Assembly (NCBI GenBank): GCA_964304625.1
Contig: OZ199838.1
Location: 4,177,154 to 4,241,153 of the forward strand
Direction of reading: 5' to 3'
DNA: 64,000 nt
DNA from: Kudoa neothunni
Lineage: Eukaryota > Animalia > Cnidaria
Shown piece by piece: positions 27,381 through 39,032 of this stretch (positions are counted from its first letter, which is position 1; each line of letters starts with the position of its first letter). The notes beneath the pieces are model-generated. The model ran no database searches. It worked only from the letters and a program-made list of their open reading frames with translations, and was not told where the DNA came from. Both the position numbers and the translations under genes were made by a program.

Positions 27381-30300
27381 CAGTAGGTAACCGGTAGTAC
27401 GTAATCCCCTCGGGGCCGTAAAAAAATTCCGTACTATGGGGGAGGACCAGGGTTGCCAGAAGATTAACGAAAAAAGTACCAACAGTTAATCTACACAAAA
27501 AAGAGATTAGGGAGAGAAAAAAACGTAGTTATATAAAATGTTTTTTAATCTATCTGAAACGAAATTGTTTCATTACAGTTATCTCCACAAAGTTTTGTTT
27601 CTATGGACGCTGTTACTGAATTTTCAGGCGGATTCTATTTTGTACAATCTGTATTCTAAAATTAACTTTTCGAATAGATCAAGCTGTTTAATGTTTCGGT
27701 CTTCAATAATGATATATTTTTCACTTTGATTATGTTCAATTGGGAAAATATTCTTTTGGCACAAGCAGAAGAATGAGATAATGAAAGCAAGCTCATCATT
27801 AATTTTGAAATTAATGAATATTTAGGAACATCGCCAATTCTTTTTTCTGTTACATCGTACCAAACTTTTTCGGGGTCATATATCGAAAAGAGATTTGAGT
27901 CTTCGAAATTTAATTGTCTCCATTCAATATCCACATTGGTATAGTCTTCATCCGATATAAGATTAGGGAATCTTATTGCAAGGGGTATGATAGACTCGGC
28001 CTACCTCCATTCACGTTACTTAGATCTATTGCCTCAAACAATTCAAGTTCTTTAAATGAATCATTGTATAGAAATCGATCAAATATTTCATTTGTTAAGG
28101 AAATATAAAAATTGAATGTATTTATTTTATATTGGAGATATTCTTGTGAATTTATTATGGAAGAATTCATTGTATATTTGCATGTCACTTTGGATCCGCG
28201 ACAAACACTATCTAATGGACGATAATTTGAAGGGTTATTAATAGTAATATTCCAAATATCCACGTTTTTAATTATTTCTCTTTTCATAAATAAGCTGAGA
28301 ATGACTTTTACTGCAACACTAATTGAATTTTTTAGCTTGTGTATTCGAAAGATTTCTGATTGGAAATCAAGATTAAGTTTGTTTACTATCGGGAGTATAA
28401 AGTTTAAGAATTCAAAATAAATATGATTGATTGGTTTATTTAGTTTATGATCTATTAATTTTTCGGATTCAAAATCATTCTCTGATACTGCAGTAGTGGA
28501 AAACATTTTAAGTGCATTCCATTGACCAAGTATTCTAGCGACGACCTATTCAAGTGACAACCTTCTCGTGCTACAAGGGCGTAATATCTTTCTAGGACAA
28601 TTATCCATTATCTTTTGAAATTTCTTGTATTCACTCAAATGTTTTGGGCTATTCGAAATATATGTGTAAATACTTCTAGTTAAATCTTCCAGCTCATTTG
28701 GAAGTTGATGACAAGCTTTAGAAGCACATAAATTTACTGATTGACAAACGCAACCTTACACGTAAAGCGAAGGAATTATTTGTTTCAGTAAACTCTGGAT
28801 ACCACTTTTGTTACACACCATAACATTTGCATTGTCTCTGGAAAATCCGATAAGATTGTGAATGGAGATATTATTAATTATAAAAAAATTTATCGATGAT
28901 TCAAAAATTCTTTTGCCAGTACAGTTCATTATCTCCAACATGACCAAATATTTGTCCATTGTCTTTTTAACATCGTCATCATAATATCGAGCTACTAAAA
29001 CTAGTTGTTTAGTTGCGGATATATCATATCTGTGGTTTCATCTATTATTAATGAAAATTTAGTTGTTTGTAATTTTGAGATTAAGTTTTTTAAATAATAT
29101 TTCCTAATAACACGACGAAAAACACATTTGCCTTTCGTTCGAGCGTATTTAATATCTTTGCAAATAGCAGAATCTTCACAAACATTGGCAACTAAACTAG
29201 GAAAATGATCCAAGATTGACAGCGGGAAATTGTGTTCCGCAACAAAGGCACATAATTTCAACTCTGCTTTAGCTATTTTTCGAGAATATACAACGGAACT
29301 GTTTTATTCTATATAACTATCTATTTTCATATTGTTTGTAGATTGTCTCATATTTCGTAAATGCTTTCCAGTTGCTGCATGTATTTCGATTTGTGAAATA
29401 CTCCCCAAAACTTCACATTTACACATTTTTCAGAACACTTCCTCTTTTTATTCTTGCTTATATCAATCCACTGGATAAATCTTCGATCTTCCAACTATTC
29501 TCTTCTTACCTTGCGTTTATAATCTTTATATATTTTTGTTGGTGTGTTACTTATATCGCTTTCGTAGTCGCTATCATTTCGATTAAAGACCATCAAGAAT
29601 TACTAACCCACAAAATATTACATTATGTATAATACAATAAAAATTACAGAAATTAATTCAACTTGTTGAATGCAAAAATTATATAGTAAATTATTAAGAC
29701 GCGCGCTATTATGAATGAATTTGTGGGTTATAATAAATGTTTGTGTATAAAATTTTATCATTATCGCATTCCAGATATTGTTTTCCTCTTCAATTTCGTT
29801 TTCATATAATTTAAATATTTTCAGATGCTAACGATAGCTTTAATTTTAAAACATTTAACTTATTAACAAATCCTCTAGTTAGAAATTTATAAACGTAATG
29901 TTTTAAGGAATTTTTTGAGCGACAATTAAATTTGATAACTCTTTCGAGCCACATTTTTTTCGGGTTTAAAAACATTTTAAAACCCTAAAGTATAAACTTG
30001 TAGGCAGAAAAATTAATTTCGCAAAGTAAACGAACTAATTCCCCGCGTATAAAGCTAAATATACATTGGGATTACATGGAACTGATTTGACCATGAAATC
30101 GAAGAAAGTTTCATTTAAAACAATAAATAGATAACATTCTCGTGGTCAGAAACTCATTTAACATATATGTGAAGAAAAAAATAAGCTCAAGTTTACAAAA
30201 TTTTGTTAAATGATAATATTTTGAAATTTAATTGTTTAATTTGCTTTCTTTAGGAGACGAAACATTAATGGGATAGATTGGATATTCAAAATAACATCGA

Positions 30301-30900
30301 ATTCAACAGCAAGATATATTTTGCATATCTTTGTATAATATTAAACCTATACGCTGAAATAACAATAAATAAACATAGAAAGTATAAATTATTAAATAAG
30401 CCATTAACGCTACTTTGCATTCATTGCAAATACCTAACCGGAAACTGAAGATCGTCGAGGGGATTAAAAATCATGTATTGATGGTGAAAAAGTACCATTT
30501 TGATACGAACGTACCAATTCTACCAACCCTGGGAGGACTGATAGTACGCAATGAATTGAGCGCGCTTGATCATTTATATTACATTATATTTTAACATCTT
30601 ATCATCAGAAAATCGTTAAATTTAATTTAAAAAAACAATGAAAATTAGGATTATATTGTATTATTGGAATGAAAAATAATTGGTTATTCTTTTTTGAGTT
30701 AAACTCTTCGAAATAATATCATAAATGTCTTCCTCTAAGGAGGCCAAACTTATTGATTGTTTCCTTTCGTGATATTCAAAAAATAATTTCAATTCTTTTA
30801 CATACTCCAATGCATTCTTAAAGCTAACTATTCTAAATTGTATCCCAAAAATATTTTTAAATAGTCGCATTTTATATTTATCTAAACTGGATCTCAAATT
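27381..30900 (-). mobile_element. 3' remnant of a Tigger/pogo element, interrupted by a hAT
   Basis: TA|CAGTAGGTAACCGGTAGTACGTAATCCCC resembles the right end of the Tigger at 43743. ORF 30661-30897 ends in QKRITNYF, the typical Tigger C-terminal motif. The left end was not found. Confidence 0.55.
27448..30531 (-). mobile_element. Decayed hAT-superfamily transposon (transposase pseudogene ~27662-29450)
   Basis: TIRs CAGGGTTG and CAACCCTG with AAAAAGTACC subterminal motifs; flanking direct repeat GGAGGAC. Fragments AEHNFPLSILDH, FSLIIDETTD, GFSRDNANVM and a dimerisation region LSLSHSSACAKRIFSQLN. Many stops and frameshifts. Confidence 0.85.
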
Positions 30901-32187
30901 TATTGCAATAGCCGGATTCGACCTCTAGATAGCTAGATAAAGAAATTTGACCCATTACCATAGATTTATCACAACAATATATTTGATTGATAATATATTT
31001 TCAAAATACTTTGTTCACTATAAATCAATCCAACTCAAAATCATAAATTATTATCGATTTTATAAATTAAATGAAGTATTGTTCTAAATAGAAACAATTA
31101 TAAATTAATACCCACTGTTAATCTTATAAAAGTTTAGAAAATAATCTTTTATAGGTAAGGTAATAATTGTTAATAACAGGGTACATAAAATCAGAAGGAT
31201 GTTCATCAACAGAAGCACCAATAGTATTAGTTAAATAAGTCACGTAATAACGCGTACATCTACACGTAGTATTCACACTACAGAAATCATACGACATTCG
31301 GTAAATTTTTAAAGTTACAATAGTTAAATGTTGTTTTAGAAGGATCATATAATTTATTTTATCTGTCGAATCAAAACGAGATTATGTAATTGCTATACTT
31401 CCAATAACAACCTTCAAGACTTCTCCATTTTTTACATTCTTAAAATTTGAAATTATTTAGCGAAAAAATCATTAATTTGAGAGGTAAAATTTAAATTTGT
31501 ATTAACATGTTAATTTATGAATGATTTTCTCCCATTGCAGTAACTACTGCCTTTGTATGTTTAAGCTGAATTCCATGAATGGGAAGTCGACCAGTTCGTT
31601 TAGGAGCCCTCTAAAAAATTAGTTTGTATCGTTCAATACTTGTTGCAGATATTCTCACAAAAATTACTATTTTATAATTTTTATCTAAAAAGTGAGCCAA
31701 ATTATAATTAACACTAAAATTGTAATGACGAACTTAATTCTCTTTGAATAAAATTTTTTATTTTTTTCTTATCCATGAATCGAAGCCTTGTTGAAGATAT
31801 ATAATGTTAAAAAATGAAATAAGATGAGTTTATTAATTTATTTTTTTGAAAATCCCATATTATGAGAATTTACAGACCATATAGCTTTAATATGGTTATA
31901 TAAATTTATTACAAACAAATAACATACGAAAGTTTATATATATATTAATCCCAAAACAGGCGCCTGTATTTGATAAAAATTCATTAAATTAACAAAATGA
32001 TCGTTGGTATTTTTCGAATATGCATATATGGAAAATAGGATCAGAAATTTTCTTGATCTATAATGGAAGATACAAAAGTGAATTGTTTAAAATAATTATT
32101 AGAAAGAAAAAAATGTTAAAAACAGTAAAATGAGGGTGATAAAATTTTGACACTTCAATAAAGTATTTAAGTATGGAATTATCATTT

Positions 32188-34024
32188 TTACCAATCGTCA
32201 GACTCCTCACCAGATTCATCAGATTCACCTTCGCTCGAGCCTAAATAGAGATAAGTTAGGTCGATTATCAAATAAAGATTAGGAATTATTATTTGTTGGT
32301 AGAGAAAATTACTGGCTTTGACTTTGGAACGGAATGTCGCCAAATTATTTACAAGAGCTCCAAGAATTCCTTCTTCATCCTATTGAATGAGTGATTAACT
32401 ATCAGGAAATCTCAACGATTACTTCGTCGCTAGAATCTTCGTTCATTTCTACTTTCTTTAGCATTTTTCCCTTTTGAATTTGGTCTTGGAAGGACGGTGC
32501 AGGTCCGGATGCCGATTTATTAGATGAACTTGGTGGTTTGGCAGCAGGTGGGGGCGGTGCAACTCCAGCGGGTGGTGGTGGGGGTGGAGGTGGCGGGGCA
32601 GCTTTAGTAGATGACGAATCAACCGTTTTAGATGGTGGAGGTGGAGGTGCCGCGGCTTTAGTCTCGACTTTTGGTTTGACAACTGAACTTTGTTCATGAT
32701 CCTTCTTATTCTTCTTATTTTCTGTAAGTTTATCCCAAAATGTTATAAAAACTTGTCCATTTTCAAACAACTACTTTTTTTTTCGATTGCATCAGCATAT
32801 TTGTCAATTCCTCCATTTTTTGCTACGAGATCAATCATATGGGATGTTTCTTCGTGTGTAATTTCAGCTGCAGATGATCCATAAAGAAATCTGATTAATT
32901 CTTTCCATTTGTGACTGTCTTGCATATTCTACAGAAATCCATCCATTCATTTATGTGTTAAACAGATAAAAATAATTTAAGATAAAAATTTAATTAAAGT
33001 GAATTATGAAATCAAATATAAAACCTACATCGATACCAGTGATACCATCGTGACCAACATGAGTGACCACACTAAATTATTATCAAATATTAAGAAAAGA
33101 ACTAACCACAAAATTCGCTTAGGTAGTACGTAAAATTGGATGGGCCGCTGATTTCAAGACGAGGTTTTTCATTTTTTAATGACTTTTTGGGCTTGGATTT
33201 CTCTACTTTCTTTTTCTTTTCCTTTTCCTTTTCCTTTTCGAGAGTTGGAGCATCTAATAATATTTTAAATTGTGAACAAAATGATCCGACCCTTAATACC
33301 ACTGTCACTTTTTCTTTGTTTTTGAATCTTTTTGGAAGATTTTTCTGCAGAAATACGTAACGCATTAGATGGTAAAATTTAAACTGCAGTATTACTTCCT
33401 TCAATGGAAGACTTTTTATCAGATCGAGATTTGCCTTTTGGTCGAACTTTAGCTAACACCTCATTTTCGAATAAGTGAAATTCACTTTTTTCGCAAAACA
33501 ATATTCCCCAAAGACAGGCCTAAGTTTCAAGTGAAATCAATAGAAGATTGTAGATTAATGGTTGAATTTACGTGGGCTTCAAATGCCAAAAAATGGTTTG
33601 ATGATTTATATAAAACAATGGTTTTATACAGTTCCTGTTCCATATCTACATCCTGTCCCTAGGTTTACGTTAAACCAGCAGATAATTATTTTTGTTGGGT
33701 TTGAGATTAGAAGTTACATCCATCGAAAAGAATCGAACGAAATAACTCTTTCTATTCGCATCCCTTACAAGACAAACAACTCCCGAGCCCTGATAAGTCC
33801 ACTTATTGTGACTAGGTCCTTCGGTGGTAAAAAGTTGAGACACTCCTACCACACTCGTCTAGATATTTTTGTTGATCAAAAAATCAAATTATGGCATCAA
33901 CCACAAATTTTAAAATGAAAAGATTTACGGTTGAATTTGAACCGATTCGAGAGAAAACTTCTTCATTCTCTCCGGCACTCAACAATGAGCTAGAATGGTT
34001 ATTCCGTTGTACGGCGGGTGGCAT
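32188..34024 (-). CDS. WASP: WASP/N-WASP Arp2/3 activator, 410 aa, 11 exons (33929-34024, 33718-33858, 33572-33658, 33396-33519, 33300-33344, 33130-33253, 33029-33071, 32775-32928, 32423-32721, 32313-32379, 32188-32240)
   Basis: WH1 (HSSSLLS...KWTYQGSGVVCLVRDANRKSYFVR...EQELY), Lys-rich basic region, CRIB (ISGPSNFTVVTHVG), poly-Pro, WH2 (FQDQIQKGKMLKKV), central GILGALVNNL and an acidic tail ending ESDDW*. Ten GT-AG introns, all phase-compatible (1233 nt). Confidence 0.92.
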
Positions 34025-35140
34025 TTAATAAAATTATAAAATAATGGCAGTGCAACTCGAAAGCTTATTTTACGAGATATGATTTTCGTAATCGGCTATC
34101 ATTTATCGCCTTAACTTTTTATATCACATTATTTTGTTGTATTTTTATTAAGAAAAGTTATCAGGTTTTAATTTTTCTTATGTTTCTTTATTTCCAATCA
34201 TAAATACTATTTAATGATTTATTTGAACACCCATAATTAATGCTTTGCCACCTACAAATTTGAAATCTCTTGTTTCCAGCTACTCAAAGCTAACCTTAAT
34301 ATTAAATTTCAACTTGATTACAAGTTATACTTTTATATAATTTTAATTTTTTCGCACGCTCGGTTATTGATATGACTTATTCCTAAAATACTTATGCTTA
34401 TATGAATTATTTTTTACAAATTTTGATAAGAGTATTAGAGCTTATTACTGGAGTTGATAACACATTTCTCGGATTTACTTTAAATGTTAATATTTTCTTT
34501 AGAAATAATTTTCTTTGATTGTTAGATGAACATTCTTTATTGGATCAGTTTATTCAGGTTTGAGAGCTCATAAAAAATAACTGAACTCAACATTAAAGTG
34601 TATAATAGGTGCTTGCAGGTTGAGTTTCGTTGTTCGGCCACACCATCATTCAATAATTTTCCAATAGAATTTAAATACTAAAATAGAGTTACCTAAACTG
34701 GGTAGAATAAGTATAGAGTTTAAAAATTGTTATCAGTAAACAATCCTCCGGAGATTTTGATTTAATAAATGAGAAATAATCTCTCTGCAAAGTCATATTT
34801 AAATAAGGAATTCATATTTTCATCATATTCGGAAGCTCTTGGTATATTCCTATCTTATACGATCCTTCGCCATAGTCATCTGCGCGGGAAATTCATATTG
34901 CTATTTCTCGTCAATATTATTTCTTTAATGAGTTATTCATAAAAATGTATAAAATGGTTTAATAATCCGAAACTGATATTCACTTAGTATTCATTGTAAT
35001 TAAAAATTTGGGTTTCTAATGCATTTTTATACTCAATATAATCTGATGTTACTTTCTCCCGAATATTGAGAGATGATTCAATTGTTATAAGACTGACTTA
35101 TGCAATGAAATTTTCTTAGAGATTGGCTGTGTTTTTGTTA

Positions 35141-35392
35141 GGCAGTGGCTATTACAATAGATGTTTTTAATCTCAAATAGCATATACGTTTTCGCGATTC
35201 CCATATTTAATCCCACCGACTCCTATTTATAATTGCTATATATAGAATGTATTTTTAAAATATCCTGTATTTAATTATTTTTTGACTATCACCACCACTA
35301 CTAGGGGGCATTATTATATACGGTCGAAACTACATTCAATTGAATAATACGACCAGTTGTAATAGCCACTCTCCTTTATTCAAAGTTTGTCG
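35141..35392 (-). mobile_element. MULE-type MITE, copy 3 (inverted relative to copies 1 and 2)
   Basis: TIRs GGCAGTGGCTATTACAA and TTGTAATAGCCACTCT; its left end matches the reverse complement of the right end of copy 1. Confidence 0.65.
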
Positions 35393-35594
35393 CCTACGCG
35401 CGATCATCTGTTTATTTCGCACCCCACTAGTATAATTTACCAGTTTTTTTATCAACAATGAATATTTTACTCAATTTTAAAAATTGAGAATGACGTAAAT
35501 TTTTAAATTTAAATAAATGCCCGGTATTCATTATTTTTTGTATTCGTATAAAAAAAAAATTTAACGATTATTTTTCAGATCAACTTAACTTTAA

Positions 35595-38077
35595 GGCAGT
35601 GGCTATTATCATGTTAGCGTATAATCCCATGTTGGGGCTGTCTATTACCACGAAAAAGAATTTCTCTATAATCACAGAATATTATATATTTCTGTTCCGA
35701 TAATTTTATTAAGAACTTTTATACTATAAAATTCTAATTTTCGTATGAAAATTCATTCACCTAATTTTTGGCATTTGCAGCATATAACCGCGTATTTTTC
35801 ACATTTTTTGTAATAGTTATTTAGTTATTATTAAATATTTTATGATAAAATTATTTACTTAAAAAGATGAAAACATAACTAATGGATATCTTAAACACAA
35901 CATCGAATTTGCAAGTCGTAATAGGGTTCATATAATCATTGATTTAACTTTGAGTATCTTAAGGTTTTACGATAACTAGAAAAAATTACGCACGAATGAT
36001 TGATAGGCCACGAATAAACTTTATTATAATTCATGATTTCATAATTCAATTATATAGTTTATTATTTTCCCCCTTTCTTCCCGATTACGATCACTCTAAA
36101 ACCCATTAGTCTTCATACCGCTTTAAACTCTTTAAAAAGTGTAAAGTCTGCAAAAAATGTAAGTAGACGCACTGAAACTAAAATCTTTGTATTCCAGTAG
36201 ATTTGGTTAATTTTATATAGCCTGATAAATTAATTCGCTGTGATCTAATTGGATGCCAATTCTTTTAAAAAAATTAATATCCTAAGCGTTTAGCCGTCAA
36301 GCTCAGTACACATTTCTGATAATCATCTTAATTTCTAACGATGATTATTTGTTGAGAAATTTCTAGTATCAAATCTTTTAATTCTCGTGTGATATTATAT
36401 ATAGAAAGCAATATCTCCCACTCAAAAATTTGAAAACGTGAAATTTACATATAGATAGTTTAGAATTCAGAAAATTGATTTTCAAGACGTTGATAGTTTC
36501 AAATATTTATCAGTTTTCGCAGAAAATACCTCCTTTATCGATGGCAGAATAGATGTTAATTCATTAATATACTAGTTTAAAATAACTTCTCTTTTTTATA
36601 AATAATACATGCACTACTTATATGACTCGCTTAATGGAAAATCGTTAACTGTTAGGTATTGGGGAACACTGAAGAAAGTTTAATGTAATTAAGGGTTTAA
36701 AACATGAATGAAGTATGATTAGTGAGTCTTTATTGTGATCCAAATAATTTTTAGGTTTCATCTACACAGAATGGTTCTAGAAAAAAAGAAGACACCTTCA
36801 TCTCATCATCTATAAATATTATTGCACAAAGCTGATTGGCATCTCCAGTAAGAATTTTAACATCATAGTTATGATCCAGAGTTAAAATCTTATAAAAATG
36901 GTTTATATCATTACGTTAGGAAGATATAAGTTTCGTATATTTATGGCCTTGAGTGTAATTATTTCACTTGTTTCTTACTGTATTTTAGAATGCAACATTT
37001 TTTAATTGGAAAATATAGAAATTAATTCTTATGTTAATTTATTATTACGGTCAAATTTACGTTGTGGTTGTACACTTGAAGAAAACCTGATATTTTCTGT
37101 TGTTATCTTGTAGGTATAAAAATTTTACTTCACGTTTTTTTTCCATCTGAGCTGACTCCTACCTTCATGTGAGCCGGACATGTGCCTCACCAAATTTTAG
37201 TCTCTCTTACACCCTTTGGTCTATTACGATAATAGTCGCCAAAATAACAAATGAACTAAATACAATAGAAACTCATCTTCCCATTACATTTTTTGGAAGA
37301 GAACCCGTTTGATATAAATAATTTTTTTAATCTCTATCTATAAAATTACTTGATGATTTTTTTGTATGACTTTAAGAACTCTTCTTGCTGATAAAACGAG
37401 ATAAATCTTCCTCTACTTAAAAGGTATTACTCTCAGCGATGCCTTCTATTATTTTTTAATTGCGCATATTATAATTTCATAAAAAATTATCGTAAATGCG
37501 TCGAAATAATTAATTATCGGTAATCATTAATACTGAATATAAAATAGGTATAATTCATATGTATAAGTATTATAAGTTTTGTAAGTTTATTTTCATAACA
37601 TTTTTACACCCTTTTTCAGAGTTATCTGTTTTAAAGTACCTTAAAAGGTCAGTTAAATATCATTAATCCAAAAGTTTAGATACTAAATTTCTTTTAATGA
37701 ATAAGAAAATGTATATATATATATATACAGGTTGTTTACTTTAATAGATTTGATTTAGTTAGGTCGATTTGAGGATGGATCACCAAATTAGGACTCTAAC
37801 CAGCCTGAAAATACTCAATTGTTTTGGTATAACATCAAAAATTATTTTAATAATCGCTTTTTGTATATAAATAAACTGATATTTTAGAATTTTAAATAAC
37901 CGATTTTTGTAAAATCCAGCATTATGGCTGATTTTTATAGTAAAATTTATATCGTTAATTTTAACACGAAAATTTAAAATTTAAAGGATAAAAATATGTT
38001 CAAGTGGTAACAAAAATTATAGGTCTAAGAATTCTTAGAATTAGGAGAAATTCGTTTTGGTGGCAATAGCCACTGCC
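35595..38077 (-). mobile_element. Heavily decayed MULE
   Basis: Termini GGCAGTGGCTATT and AATAGCCACTGCC; 9-bp flanks taactttaa/caacttgaa. A minus-strand remnant RPKGVRETK...CPAHMKVGVSSDGK (~37130-37220) resembles MULE N-terminal zinc domains. Confidence 0.55.
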
Positions 38078-39032
38078 CAACTTGAATGTTACACCAATGT
38101 AAAGTCATTTTGTGTACTCTGTACTCGCTAAAATTACCGATACTCACAATCGATGCCATGAAAACTTGATGTTTTGAACAAGTTATCGAAAAGCCTAGAT
38201 TACATTTCAAATTTGGTCATAGTTTATGAATATTCCATATTATAACTTCAAAATGAACTATTACTGTTTTCAATCGTCTAACATTATATATTTAAAAAGA
38301 TAGAAAATATAATAAATATTTCTCAACAAATTAAATATCTGAATTAGATTTAGAAAAAGAGATGATATGATAACGACCTCGTTTATTTCAAGAAATGTGC
38401 TGTTTGAAAAATTTGTTTTAATGTGTGATGACACTTGATGCATGTTATGACGTATTTTAATTGTTTTTTAAATCATTTAACAAAACGTTCGTTATTGTCA
38501 TAGAAACAAATTTAGATTTTGTTCTTATTAAATTGTTGCCATTTTAAATTTCATTCATAAATCAAATAAGAATTACTTTGTGATGTTCTTAAAGAGATAT
38601 CGTTATATATAATTCTTATCACAAATTTATTATTAAATTAACTTAAAATTGTGCGAACTATTGTTATTAAATTGCTGGATATTTCTGTCAATACTTTACA
38701 TATTTATAGGGCGAATAAATATTTTGTTAAATTTTTAAATAAAATATTTTACATAATCTACGATTATATGAGTTAGTTTATGTTTTCTTTTTGATTCACC
38801 TAATTAATACAATTTTATTTTAAAGGATTAAATTAAATATATATTATTAATTGAGAATTGGAGATTATTATTTTACTTCATTAAATAATAATTAACATTA
38901 CAATAAAAGGATGATAAATTCATCCAGATGATTTCATCAACTTGATATGAGAGGAAATAATATTATTAATAAATGTGTTAATCATTCCTAAAGTAAAAAA
39001 AATGAGTCACTTTAGTATAACGGAACCAAATA

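Noticed and set aside
33562-33918. 118-aa + strand ORF
   Set aside because: It is antisense to WASP exons and introns and has no independent coding signal.
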